Below are positions 24,791 through 40,235 of a DNA stretch of 64,000 nt, piece by piece (within the stretch, counting starts at the first letter, position 1; each line of letters starts with the position of its first letter). Made by a program: the position numbers and the translations under genes. The DNA comes from Octopus vulgaris (Eukaryota). The DNA is taken from the NCBI GenBank assembly GCA_951406725.2, contig OX597826.1, forward strand, positions 63,054,001-63,118,000, read 5' to 3'. The notes beneath the pieces were generated by a model. That model ran no database searches, was not told where the DNA came from, and worked only from the letters and a program-made list of their open reading frames with translations.

Positions 24791-24905
24791 TATATCACAT
24801 TTATCGATCCAATATACAAGAACAGGAGAGAATTCAAAGCTTGGTAAAATTACTGTAGAAAATACTCTTGGCAGAATCAAACATAATCAGTTATATGTTC
24901 TTACA

Positions 24906-25404
24906 TGGAAAAATGCGAGCATAAAAAGTAATATACTTAAGAATATAAACCTGGAAAAGTACAGGTTTTTACACCTATAAAAGTATAGGACAAGCTATTA
25001 CTTCTAGTAAAGTAAAGAATAAACTTTTTACTTAAAATATGCAGTAAAGACTGCCACTTCTAATTTATCACTCTTTATAGTTTTCATTGTTTAAATTTAT
25101 TGAACAAAACTGTTCAGTTAATTTGTAAGTTTGTTTAATTAGTCACTTTTTACTGTATTTTAGGTAAAAAAAATTAGCCAAATTCTACTTAAATAAGTAT
25201 TGTGTTAATTGTAAACACTAATAAAATAAGTTTCAATATTCAAATTTTTGTTTTAGCTGCAATATTTTAAGTAAAAAGTATCTTATTCTTTACTTTACTA
25301 GAACAAATAGCTAGTTCTATACTTCTACAGGTGTAATAACTTGTCCAGTACTTTTCCAGGTTTATAATCTTAAGAATAATAATTTTCATGTTCGCATTTT
25401 TCCA
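24906..25404. mobile_element. AT-rich MITE/foldback element with ~140-bp imperfect inverted repeats
   Basis: TGGAAAAATGCGA...TTTTTACTTAAAATATGCAG (24906-25044) is the approximate reverse complement of 25257-25404. Confidence 0.75.
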
Positions 25405-26221
25405 GACGTTGCTGTTATAAGATAATTAATAATGTGTCAATTAATAATTTAAGATTTTACCTTATAAAATACTGAAAGATAATATTTCAATTTTTCCACG
25501 TAAGTCATGATAATATTTCAATTTTTTCATGTTTAATTTAAATATATGTTGTGATTGAATTATTTGATATTACCCTCCACACGAAATTAATAATGGCAGG
25601 GATTTTTACCATGTTATGGGTTGCACCATGGCTCACCAAGTTACAAGAACAAGATCCCAAAACTATCAGTTACTAGGTTCTTCTTAAGTAACCTAATTTT
25701 TCACTATTAGGAGGTCACAGGAATGTATTCAACGAAAAATAATTTCCAATGATTCCGGAATTGGGTGGGGAGAACCACCCACCTCATTTTTTCTGAACCA
25801 AAATAAGGGGTTTTCAGCATATTAGGAGGTCAGGGTACTTGATTCCACGCAAAAAATCAAATTTGGGTTTTCTTTTCTTTGGTTAGTGAAAATATAGAAA
25901 TATATAAAGTTGTTATTTAACCTCAAATCAAACCTGATAATGCAAACCTATCATCAAAGACATTCCAGCCTTCAGCAAACCGTCTTTTTAGGGATTGTCT
26001 AGGACATTACATACAATGGGCGTATGATTTAGGTAGGGGGAAACTTTGGCTGCTATTTTTAGCGTGTCGAGCGACCAGGTAGAGGCTCTTTCTTCGATTG
26101 CTTGATGAGATTATTTACACATATATGTAATTTGTATATATATCATCGGCAGAAGTTGGAGAGTAAGTTTGTGTACTGGCACTTATCAAACACGAATTAG
26201 TCCATTGTCACTGTAACTTCT

Positions 26222-27035
26222 GACGAAATAACTTCTAAAATACAAATTTTTGACAAAAACGTTAAGAATAAACCCTGTTCTATGTGACACATTCTACTAG
26301 ACTTGGAAGTTTGAAAGTGTTTAGTTAAAAAAAATTAATTAAATAATCTGTACATCTAATTGAATAGATCTGAAATGGATGAAAGGCAAAGTCGACCTCG
26401 GCAGAATTTGAACTCAGAACGTAAAGAGAGACGAAATACTGCTTCTAAAGTACAAAATTTTGGCAAAAACGTTACGAGTAAACCCTGTTCTTTGTGACAC
26501 ATTCTACCAGTATCGAAAGTTTGAAAGTATTTAGTTTTAAAAAAATAATTAAATAATCTGTACGTTTAATTGAATAGATCCAAAATGGATAAAAGACAAA
26601 GTCGACCTCGGCGGAATTTGAACTCAGAACATAAAGACAGACGAAATACTCCTAAAATACAAAATTTTATCAAAAACGTTAAGAGTAAACCCTGTCTTAC
26701 GTGACACATTCTACCAATATCGGAAGTTTGAAAGTGTTTAGTTAAAAAATAATTAATTAAATAATCTGTACGTCAAACTCGACCTCGGCGAAATTTGACC
26801 GCAAACGTAAAGACGGACGAAATACTCAACTGTGTTTCGTCTGTCTTTACGTTTGCGGAAATTTTGTATTTTAGAAGGAGTATTTCGTCTGTCTTTACGT
26901 TCTGAGTTCAAATTCCGCCGAGGTCGACTTTGCCTTTTATCCATTTAGGATCTATTCAATTAAACGTACACATTATTTAATTAATTTTTTTTAACTAAAT
27001 ACTTTCAAACTAACGTTTCTGCCAGCTCACCGACT
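26222..27035. repeat. ~209-bp unit (SINE-A fragment plus unique AT-rich DNA), about three copies in tandem and one inverted copy
   Basis: GACGAAATA at 26222, 26430, 26640, 26816; inverted copy ~26860-27010; central hairpin 26799-26858. Confidence 0.9.
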
Positions 27036-27721
27036 TAGAACGTATACATTCATTTTAGAAATATATTCTTTATTCTCATTGCTAAGCGTTACTCCCTTAC
27101 TTTCTTACTTACTGACATTAAATTTCGTAACATTTTACCTCATAACTCTTTTTCTACTAATTTTTGTTCAATGCGACTAACAATTCTGAATTCCTCATGC
27201 ATTTTTCTATCATTTAAGCCTAAGAAAAGAATACTTTTAGGTTAAAATTTAAATATTTATGTTAAATGAAGGTGAATATCTGCCTTACTGCCCCCTTGAG
27301 GTCGCAAATATTTTGATGTAACTTTTTTTCTACTGAACCTAGTCTCAAACTATTTATGCCAAAGTGTAGCTGAGAAGGTGTCCTCCTTAAATCTATGAAC
27401 AGTTAGCAATTTATTTGAGAACTTAATTAGTGGTCATGCTTGGAAGCTGCTGCGACTGACGCAATGGTGGACTTAAGAGTATATTCAACCACTACGGTGG
27501 ATGAATGATATTCTTTCATTCTTATTCTTTTTATTTCTTTTCCGGGTGATCGGCTTGAACGGTTCTAGTCTATCACATTGGCTTCGGTTCTAATTTTCAT
27601 TTGATGCGTATCTCATTCATCTCAGTTTATAGCATTTAAATTTTATAGTTTGGTATATATGGAATCACTCGGACCCTCTGGTTCACACCGTTACAGACAT
27701 ACACACAGAAATATATATGCA

Positions 27722-27779
27722 CGGATAGGATTCTGAGCTCTCGGCGCGGCGGCCGGGATTCGCTTCCCCGCGTGTGAAA
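27722..27779 (+). pseudogene. tRNA-Glu-derived sequence (5'-truncated pseudogene or SINE head)
   Basis: CGGATAGGATTCTGAGCTCTCGGCGCGGCGGCCGGGATTCGCTTCCCCGCGTGTGAAA aligns by eye with metazoan tRNA-Glu (..GGTTAGGATTC..GCTCTCA...GCGGCCCGGGTTCGATTCCCGG..GGGAA). Confidence 0.65.
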
Positions 27780-27842
27780 TGCTCCGATTTTTACTGGTGG
27801 TGATCCAGCATGGTCACAGCCTAAAGACGGAACCGTATAAAA

Positions 27843-27987
<145 letters not shown>

Positions 27988-29347
27988 ACTTTAGTATTGA
28001 GCATAACCAGACATTTTTGAACCGTCAGTGTATTTGTAAATTAATTAAAATTTGCCACTTACATAAAGCAACTGCAAACGTTTGTTATGTTTATACAACT
28101 TCACCAGGGACATGGAAGAATATATCCATTCAACGATATTATTTCTGATATTATTACCACTTTCATTAGCAAGAAGTTATCCTACATTTTACAGTCACTT
28201 CAAAATTATGTTAAAATTAGCCTTGTTATGCTTATAACAAGACATTTATTTGACTGTTAGTTTTGTTATGCCAATTACTGGCATAACAGCAGTGTTTATG
28301 TTTCATATTAAACTTTACTATGGAGCAATATCCTCAAGTTTCTTCCTTATGTTTTTATCAACTCAAATCTACAGCAGAAAACACTTTCTCCGAAAATTAT
28401 AAAATTATATTTACAGCTGGCTCGAACCCCAAACCAGCTTGTTGTGAAACAAACTTCTTAACCACAAATATTTTCGCCTTAAACTGCGCAGTTTCAAAGA
28501 CATATATTCTGTCTTCTCTTGATATCAGCTACAACAATCGATTATACAGCAGCGAAGTTTGTTAATTTTCTATGAAGGAAAGATTTTCAGTTTATAAACA
28601 TTTTGCCAACCAACATTCTTTATACATTTGTTTATTTCTTATTCCTGTTGTTGTTGATGCTGACGTCGTTTTCATTTTCATTATTGGTAGTGCTAGTAAT
28701 GATGTTGGTATTCTTGTAGGCGTTAGCATTGGTGATGTTATTTTTATCATAATTTTGGTAATTTTTTTTTTTCTTTCAGTTAATGATATTTGGTCATGAT
28801 ATCTGTCATTCTAGAACATTCTAAAATTGGTTTATACAAGATATTTGTTATTTGTATTTTCCGTCCTTTTATTTTATGTATTTTTCTGCTGAAACAATAA
28901 ATATCATCATATTTTGAAAAATCTATATTCTCAAGGACAACTAAAACAACATCGTCAACAATGACAACAACAACAACAACTAGAATAACAAAATTAGCTG
29001 CAACCACTATTATAGTAACGTAAAAGAAAAGGAAAGGAAATAGACTACAACAACATCCCTTCATATTTCTATACTGAATTTTAGATTCAATTGAAAGCAT
29101 AGAACTATTCTCAAATAGCTACCGGAAGTACAGGAAGTATATTTTATTTTAGTGTTTAAATTTATATTTTTTTGTTCTTTTTCGATACCACTCCAGATTA
29201 AGAGTACAAAGATCGTCGAAAATTTGTGACAACGTCAATTCCTAACTACTACAGTTCCGTCATAAATACAACACATTCTATTTATATTTCTGTCAATACA
29301 ATAAAAACATATATACATTTTTTATTATTATTATCATTATTATTATC

Positions 29348-29414
<67 letters not shown>

Positions 29415-29415
<1 letters not shown>

Positions 29416-29635
29416 GGCGAAGAGCTGGCACAATCGTTAGTACACCAGACGAAATGCTTAGCGGTATGTTGCCCGTCGCTACGTTCTGAGTTCAAATTCC
29501 GCCGGGTTTGACTTTGCCTTTCATTTTAAATGAAGTTCCAGTGAAACACTAAGGTCGATGTAATCGACTAGCCACTACACACACACACACACACACACAA
29601 TATTTCGGGCTCTGTGCCTATAATAGAAAGGATTA
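29415..29635 (+). mobile_element. SINE family A
   Basis: AGGCGAAGAGCTGGCACAATCGTTAG...GAGTTCAAATTCCGCCG...TAGAAAGGATTATT. Confidence 0.88.
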
Positions 29636-29642
29636 TTATTAC

Positions 29643-29689
<47 letters not shown>

Positions 29690-29693
<4 letters not shown>

Positions 29694-30473
29694 CATTGTC
29701 ATTTACTTTTAATCTGCATGTTTGATGCAATCGATTGCCGGGGCACACCCAGCGCCCTAGGGCAAGTGAAGGTTAAGAGTTGTTGAAATATAGCTGAAAG
29801 CTTGGGGAAGGGAAGTAGAGAAATATCTCCATGTAATACAAACACAAACATTTACATTGATAGAGTTTTTCTAAGGATGTGGGCAGTACTTGTTAGCACA
29901 ATCTTTTGGATTTCCTTGAGACATGGTTCTCCAGGGATATTGTCTAGGTGTTTCTGGCATCCCTTTTTTATCATACCTAGGGCACCTACAATAACAGGAA
30001 CAGTTTTTGTTTTAAGATTCCACATCTTTTGTATTTCGATTTCCAGGGCAAGTGAAGGTTAAGAGTTGTTGAAATATAGCTGAAAGCTTGGGGAGGGGAA
30101 GTAGAAAAATATCTCCATGTAATACAAACACAAACATTTACATTGATAGGGTTTTTCTAAGGATGTGGGCAGTACTTGTTAGCACAATCTTTTGGATTTC
30201 CTTGAGACATGGTTCTCCAGGGATATTGTCTAGGTGTTTCTGACATCCCTTTTTTATCATACCTAGGGCACCTACAATAACAGGAACAGTTTTTGTTTTA
30301 AGATTCCACATCTTTTGTATTTCGATTTCCAGGTCCTTATATTTACTAAGTTTGTCAAATTCCTTTTCAGATACATTTTTATCAGTGTGGACGCTTACCT
30401 CTATTAGTCTGCAGGTATTTTCTTCCCTGTCTTTAACAATTATGTCTGGTCGATTAGCCTTGATCGTTCTGTT
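29690..30473 (-). mobile_element. 3' end of R4/Dong-type LINE (RLE domain plus 3' UTR) within (AAT)n, with 286-bp tandem duplication
   Basis: NRPDIIVKD..CRLIEVSVHTDKNVSEKEFDKLSKYKDLEIEIQKMW..TVPVIVGALG...STAHILRKTL; duplicated units 29759-30044 and 30045-30330. Confidence 0.92.
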
Positions 30474-30489
30474 AATAATAATAATAATA

Positions 30490-30545
<56 letters not shown>

Positions 30546-30582
30546 TATTATTATTATGATCATTATTATTATTATCATTATT

Positions 30583-30867
30583 AAGGCAGTGAGGTGGCAG
30601 AATCGTTAGCATGCCGGACAAAATGCTCAGCGACATCTCGTCTGTCTTTCTTTTCTGAGTTGAAATTCCGCCGAGGTCGATTTTGCCTTTCATCCTTTTT
30701 GGGATCGATAAAATAAGTTTCACTTGAACACTGGAATCGATTTAATAGACTTACCCAATCCTCCGATCTTGGTGGCCTTGTGTCAAAATGTGAAATCATC
30801 ATTATTGTTATTGTTGTTGTTGATGTTGTTGTCGTCGTTGTTGATCTTGTGCCTGTATTAGAAAGGA

Positions 30868-30914
<47 letters not shown>

Positions 30915-30915
30915 G

Positions 30916-30974
<59 letters not shown>

Positions 30975-31222
30975 TTCATCAACATTATTGTCATCATCAT
31001 CATTATCATCACCAACTTCATCTTCCTTGTTATTGTATTTATTGTTGTTGTTAACGCGGCCCATTGGCAGAATCTTTGTGGCGTCAGGATAAAATGCTTT
31101 ACTGTATTTATTCACTCTTTTGACAAACTGTGTTTCAAATCCTGCTCCTACCAACTTTACCATTCATCTTTTCGGGGTTGATACAATAAAGTTGAAATTG
31201 CTGGCCTTATGCCAAAATTTAA
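30583..31222 (+). mobile_element. Two SINE family A copies (~30583-30795, ~31057-31222) in ATT microsatellite
   Basis: GGTGGCAGAATCGTTAGCATGCCGG...CCGCCGAGGTCGA; second copy degenerate. Confidence 0.8.
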
Positions 31223-31224
31223 AG

Positions 31225-34200
31225 TTATTATTATTATTATTATTATTATTATGGAGTGAGGGAGCGGTGCATGCCATCAAAGTGACACTGGGGTAAAATA
31301 TACGAAGCCCAGTATACCCATCATGACTACCCATCTGATAAGGGTACACCAGGCACATGCATCACAACCATATGTGCGCGACATGGTGATCTCATATCAA
31401 GATAAACAGCACATGACCTTGCAGTTAGAATTTTCTTCTGGTCGAGCAACCCATCCCACTCAAAAGGTCCCTGAATAAGAGTTGTTTAAGGATGTTGAAC
31501 GAAACACCCATGCTTCCAGAGCTGAATTATTCAAACTCCAAAGAATCCCTCTCAACACATGGCTATGATGCTCCCCCACTACTTCTGCTCGTGATCAAAG
31601 ATGCACATATCGTCAGCCACTAAGGGACATGCTCAACTGGTTTTCCAGGGTGACTCTTTATCACCACTCCTCTTTTGTCTAGCCTTTATGCCGCTCTCAA
31701 AATTGTACGATGATGTACAATATGGCTATAAAATGTTAGATGAAAATATAAATCATCTAATTTACATGGATGATTTAAAGCACTTTGCAAAAAATGACCA
31801 ACAACTACAGGGTTTACTAGCGATTGTTAAACAATTCAGCGATGAAATCAGGATGCAATCTGGCCTCGATAAATGTGCAAAAGCTACCTTTATTAAAGGA
31901 AAAATGACAGAAGCATCCAAAGTTAAGCTTGACCAGAAGGATGTCATAAAGGAATTAGAACTATCGGAGAGCTACAAAAACATAGGGTTATTTGAAAGTG
32001 ATGGAATGAATCATTTAGCGATGAGGGAAAGGATCAGAAGAGTTAGTTATCGCAGGGTAAAGGCAATACTCAAGACAGAGTTGTGTGCAAGAAACAGGAT
32101 CGAAGCTATCAATACCTTAGCCATACCGGTCGTGACTTACAGTTTCAATATCATTAACTGGTCAATTACTGAAATATGTAATCTTCAGAGAAAAATACGA
32201 AAATTGTTGACAATGCTTAGAATGCACCACCCTAAGGCGGATATAGAACGAATCTACTTGCCACTAAAAGAGGCTGGCCGTGGGCTTTTCCAGCTGGAAT
32301 TATCAATGAAGATTGCCACTATTGGTCTAAACACCTCCCAGAAAAACTCTGATGATAGGATGTTAAAATATCTGAAAGCATGGAAAAAATAAAGCATCAT
32401 ACTCAGTAGCAAAACAGGCAAAGGAATATCTAAGTGAATTCCAAATACTACAATGAAAACCCGTGCTAAAACTGCTGCATTAGATATTCTGAATGATAAA
32501 TGGCAAGAAAAGCCTCTCAATGGCAAATACCCAAATATAGATAATAGTACCGATGTTGAGAAAGCCATTACCCATCAATAGTTAGCGTCTTCTGGCTCAA
32601 AATCAGAAACAGAAGTGTTTACCATAGCAGCCCAAGATCAATGCCTACCTACAAGAAACTGCCAGATCAACATATTAAAAAACGGCTGTAGCCCAACATG
32701 CCGTGTATTTACGCAACAAAATGAAACCAACGACCATGTTGTCTCCATGTGCAGTGAATATCTCAACAGGCATGATAGAGCAGCACAATATATTCAGTGG
32801 GTAATTTGCAAAAGTCTGGGCATGCCCCATGATAAAAACTGATGGGAACACACACTAACTCCAGTGCTTGAAAATGCCACATGAAATTCTTACATCTCCA
32901 GTACTGAGAGATTCATTGACACTGTTCAAAGTCAGTGTAGTTCTCCGTGATCTCATACATAAAGACAAGAGGTTTCTCAGAGTAGGTGCTATTTTATACA
33001 TTTCTAGACATTTCTTAATCCAGCTATGCGGTAGACTATCAAAAGCTTTTTCATAGTCTATCCAGGCTATCGACGAGCTTTTGTGTTGTATGTGACAATC
33101 TTCCAAAATCATCTAATATAAATAAGATAAGTAGCTTATTTTTACAAACATAGAATCCACGTTTACATCTTTTTTGCTCATTAGGGAATATGCCACTTTC
33201 TATTAAAAAACTATAGGTGTATTCAGTCAAGACATATGTTAGTATTTTATACATTGTTGTTAAGCAGGTTATGGGTCTATAATTGTTTAGTTCCTTTGTT
33301 GTCCATTTTTTGGAAGTAGGAATGTAACACCATTAACTAGCCAAGAAGGAGTCATACTAGGTTGTTGCAAAACATTGTTGTAAAGTTTTGTTAGCAGTTC
33401 ATGGCTCTCTGGGAAGGCATTAAACCAGAAGTTAAGTTTCATCCTTTCCTGGAGACTTCCATTTGCTTGACATCCTGAGAGCAGATCTTACATCCTCTAC
33501 CTTGATACCCACCCACGTTTGCTATTCTAAGGAGTCTAAATCTGTAGATATTCTATCAACCCAAGGGGCCTTTTCATTGTGTGTTTTTTCTTCTGCCCAA
33601 ATTTTATTCCAAAATTCCTGCACTTCTTTTAATGGGACATACTTTACTGTTAGTGGTATTTTCCTTATCTTCCTGTAAAAATTTTGGGGATTACGTTTGA
33701 ACATGTTGTTGACCTTGAAGAATCTAATGCGCTTTTCATACCTTGCTATGCGGGCAGCTTTAGCACAGACCTTTCACCTGATAGTTTCTATGGTGGTATC
33801 GATGTCAATTGTGGTTTTCATATATTTTTATTGATAGTCTTGTCAAACTTAAGGTTTTTTAAACATTCAATGTCAGACCTAAGCAGCTGAATTTGGTGTT
33901 GAATACGCTCTTGCCAAGTAGGCTTTTTGTGGGAATGTTGTCGTTTTCTAATCTTTTCACCACATAGGATCGTTGAGATTTTCGCGGATGCATAGTACAG
34001 GTGGTTGAGATCTGTAATATCAACATTATTAGCTGAAATTATGTCCTCAAGTGCAAGGCTTTGGTTAGAATTGCACATTTTTGGAAGAGTGTCGCATTCA
34101 TTCATACTGGTTTCTTTAATCTTCAGCCATTCAATCATGATTTGATTTCTTTTAGATCAAGTAGTTATGTTGGGTTAATTTCTGTGCGACTTCCTTCATC

Positions 34201-34940
34201 TATTTGATTTTCATCTGCCTTAGTTTTTATGGTTGCTTCAGAGAGTATTTCACTTTGCTAATCAGTTATATTAACTCGTTCTATCATTATTGCATTTTCA
34301 TCAGACCTGGGCTGGTCTATAATTATTTCTTCTGTTGTATCTTCTTTAGCAGCAACTTCGTTCCTTTTATCATTTACTGATTGTTCAATTTGATCAATCT
34401 CTAATTCAGTTAGTAATTTCCTTTTTTCATCATGTTTCTTCTGACGTTGGCAAGTTTATTACTGTCTAAGTAGGGTCTTACTTCAAAGTGTTTCTGTCTC
34501 CATTTTAAACAGGTTCGTACAGTATTAGATTTATTTGAGGGGAAATACATGGCATGATAGAAGGCTTTAAAAACTTCTTTATTATCTCCCCTAGAATATT
34601 TTTCACCCTTTTGCTTTTGGTTATTTGATGACGAGTATGGATGGAAATCTGTTGGAAAATTCCGGCTGAGGGGTACTTCCATCTTTGATTCGGGAACATT
34701 TGAACCAGTCGCTAATTTTTCGTACCCAATCTGGTTCATCACTCGGGTACGCAGCCCTTGTTCTTCTGGTTCTTGTTATCATCATTATCATCATCATTGG
34801 TGATCATGGTGAAAACGATTGTGTGGAGGTCGACGCTTAAAGGCTTGACAAAAGATACCCTTCTCTTCGACCAAGCCCTTATTGATTTTTAAAAGCTCCA
34901 CTTCAAAATGAAAATGGGCATAGACAAGACAGTATTCTCT
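31225..34940 (-). mobile_element. Nearly full-length decayed R4/Dong-type LINE with internal segment inverted
   Basis: Minus strand 34742-32867: N-terminal domain, NYRPITCLTTMYKILT, EQKRCKRG, AWIDYEKAFDSLPHSWI, ..ISCGIF. Minus 31640-31225: 3'-UTR-like sequence ending in (AAT)n. Confidence 0.85.
31641..32875 (+). pseudogene. Inverted internal part of the LINE ORF: RT C-terminal half, thumb and zinc knuckle
   Basis: FQGDSLSPLLFCLA, HLIYMDDLK, GLDKC, INTLAIPVVTYSF, HHPKADIERIYLP..GRG, AAQDQ, CR..ETNDHVVSMC, RHD, WEHTLTPVLEN. Confidence 0.92.
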
Positions 34941-34963
34941 CTCTCTCTCTCTCTCGCTCTCTC

Positions 34964-34998
<35 letters not shown>

Positions 34999-35553
34999 TT
35001 CTCTCTTTACTTTCTCTCTCACACTTTCACTCACTCTGTCAGAAGTAAGTGACTAAAGCAAATATAATTAGGATGAATGTATCTATTTAATCCCACACAC
35101 AAACTGTAAACTACCCTTGTTTTGTCCCCCACATTTGATGTCCCTGTGATAAATAAAGAAATCATTAACATTATTGTTGTTGCTATTTTTCTTCTTGTTA
35201 AAATCGTTTGTTATCGTTGTTGAAATTTCCTTTCTTTAAATATAATATGATGGTTTTGTCGTCTTTATATTTGTAAACAAAGACGATTTTATTTCAGTAT
35301 GAATATTTTTCAAAGAATCACTTTCATTGAATTCTGCTCTGTGTAAAATTAGCGTCTATTTTGGAGCAAAACTTGATGACATGCTCACCGCGCTTTGTAC
35401 AAATATAGCAGAAAAGGAGATTAAGATAGACAGAAGAAAACACAGAGAGACGAACAGAGAGAGAGAGAGAGAGAGAGAGAGCAAGTTTACATGCAAGAGA
35501 TCGTTTCTATATTGCTAAATGTTATTGTTATTATCCATATTATTATATCATTA

Positions 35554-37022
<1,469 letters not shown>

Positions 37023-37267
37023 TATGTGTGTATACACATACACACAGATGTTTATATATATATATATATATATACTTTAAAGTAGAAGGAATAGCTAAGA
37101 TTTTTTTACTGCTATTTCTAAACTTCAGTATGTGGTGAAGCAAATCGTTGCTGAACCCTAATTATAAAGTATTACTTAAGCTTACCATGAAATGGTCCTT
37201 TTCATACCGAATTCTACTTGGTGAAATTACTGATTACTTCTTAATTAATTAATTTCACCCTTTGTTA

Positions 37268-37394
<127 letters not shown>

Positions 37395-37436
37395 TGTATG
37401 TATGTATGTATGTATATATATATATACATACATATA

Positions 37437-37495
<59 letters not shown>

Positions 37496-38364
37496 CAAAC
37501 ATATAAGGGATGGCCATAATAGGACATCCGACTCACTAGAAAGAGCAGTTAAACTCTAAACCACTAATAGTTGTAATTCTGAAATGGAAAGAGAAATAAA
37601 AACGTTTACCCTCTCCTTTCTGGACTATGCATAGTTTCGGCAATCTTTAGTAAATAAAATTAATTTATTTACAACTGGCGTGCCTCTTCAGCGGAAAGCC
37701 AAGGACTACCATATAGTCACGAAGCGATAATAACCATGTCTCGAGTCTATATGCTATAACTTTTCAAAATCCACCACACTCGCGCGGTACATATATATAA
37801 TACACCGCGAAACACTCACAATCTATACTCGGAGTTTCCTGGCACCAGCTAGTATGATTTTTTCCGATTTCCTACAAGGCTTCATCACCTGCTGTGTAAA
37901 ACTATACGAAGGTAACAGAGATGGTGGCTGGAAATCGGATATCATCCGCTGCTGCCGGGAAATTCCGAGTACTGCATGTGCATATTTTTTAATTATCCTC
38001 TGTTTCAATAATATTGATGTCTACTGTTTTTGTTGATACAGATTACAATGGATTTGTTATATAATTATATAAATAACGAATCCTATGCAATCCGAGTGAT
38101 GAAGTATCATGTTATTAATTCGTCATTAATCTATTATTTTTAGTAATATTATTTCGTTGCGTGGTTTAACTGCGATGCTGAGTGCAGCATTGTGGATTTA
38201 TTTTGGTTTTCTCTTTTCTTTTATATGCCAAAGCAATGTAACACAATAGTTAATTTATGAGTAATACAGGATTCATAGTTTTGCATTAATATGTTGGTCT
38301 GATAAAGCTTTTTCCATGATAAGATTTGATTTAACGATTCTTTGTTCTGGAACACATTGATTAG

Positions 38365-38595
38365 AAACACTTTTGTCACAAACACTTTGAGCCAATTTTG
38401 CATTAGTCTAATCCTATTTTTTGTCCAAATCACTTTGACCTAATTGTACCTTGATCCAATGATATTTTCTTCCAAAACACTTTGGTCTAATCATACATCG
38501 GTCCGATATTTACTTCCAAAATACTTTGGCTTAATTATACATCGGTTTGATGATATTTTCTTTCAAAACACTTTGGTTTAATCACATATTGTTGG
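38365..38595. repeat. Degenerate ~42-50-bp minisatellite
   Basis: Recurring AAACACTTTGGTCTAATCATACATCGGT..GATATTTTCTTCC variants. Confidence 0.7.
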
Positions 38596-39361
38596 AATTA
38601 AACTTTCGTATCAACTTTCGACTACAACACATTTACTGCAAACCTATTTTTAATGAGATTTTTAATGACATTTTCTCAAAATTGCTTTGTTTGGGGGTCG
38701 GGTGGATTAAAACATTTTGAATTATTATAATTAGTTTTAATATATCGTTGTATAACAACTTTGTGCTTCGTCTAAAGCTTTAGTCTGGTGACGCATGTTT
38801 GTCAACAAAATTTTGTTCATTTCAAATAACACTCTAGTCTCAAGATATTTGGGGCTAACAGAATTTAAGCCTAATAAACAATTGGCTGAAATATTTCCAC
38901 CTAACGATATTTGGCCTAATTTAATTTAGTTTGTTGGTACGAATTAAATTATATACTGTCTTGCATGTAGCCTGTGATGTTTCACTGTTGTCTACTACCC
39001 AATCGATTATTCTATAGAACGACACATCAATTTATTAAACAAAAAATTACTGTCATTGGTCTCAGCTTACTACAAGAATTTAAATATAGTTCTTCTGTCA
39101 AATTGCTTTCAAGCATAGATTATTTTCTCGTTCGTAAGTGTGCAGATTATGTTTGATGCAAATTATTTCATTATTTAGAAAGCATCTTGGAGGGAAAAAA
39201 AAGAGTTTTGCATTATAAGCAACAGACAAATACTTGCAAGAATGTAAAGTAATAAACGCCACCTTAATCGGAGAGTAAATTAAAACATTGTCATTTTTTC
39301 TGTGCATTGAAGAAGCATGAACTTTTGCATAAATATGCAATTCGTAAAAATTTATCAATGT

Positions 39362-39696
<335 letters not shown>

Positions 39697-39764
39697 AGAA
39701 TTTTTTGCGTAATAAGATAAAAAACCAAGGCTGTATAGATATTAGAGCATTTATAGATAGAATG

Positions 39765-39814
39765 TCTTACAGCTGTTTCTGGGATATTTATTAATGATAT
39801 CCCTTCATCGGAGA
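39765..39814 (-). ncRNA. Minimal type-I hammerhead motif (core CCGAUGA) in a pLTR-like element (~39700-39845)
   Basis: UCU-CCGAUGA-A-GGGAUAU-loop-AUAUCCC-A-GAAA-CAGCUG-UA-AGA; 7-bp stem II; palindrome ACAGCUGU. Confidence 0.7.
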
Positions 39815-40005
39815 TGGTGTGAGAGGAAAGTTGAGTCATAATACATAATGTATATTATATGGCGGTGTCCCAGCATGGCCACAACTTGTGAGCTGAAACT
39901 AAATAAAAATAAAATAAAAAATAAATATATATATATTATATATAATAATATATGTATGTATCTATCTATGTCCTCTTCTATTTTTAATCATTTAAAGTCT
40001 TCCTG

Positions 40006-40235
40006 CGAAGAGGAGGAGGAAGAAGAGAAGTAGGAGGAGGAAGAGAGGTAGAGGAGGAAGAAAGGTAGGAGGAGGAGGAAGAGAGGTAGAGGAGAAAGAG
40101 GGGTCGGAGGAGGAGGAAGAGGGGTAGAGGAGGAAGAAAGGTAGGAGGAGGACGAGAGGTAGGAGGAGGACGAGAGGTAGGAGGAGGACGAGAGGTAGAA
40201 GGAGGGCGAGAGGTAGGCGGAGGAGAGGAAGAAGG
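40006..40235. repeat. Polypurine minisatellite (GAGGTAGGAGGAGGACGA-like, ~18 bp)
   Basis: Direct repeats. Confidence 0.9.

Noticed and set aside
37780-37985. CpG-richer unique island with a possible AAG/GTAACA donor
   Set aside because: No recognisable protein or RNA motif; cannot be supported without expression data.
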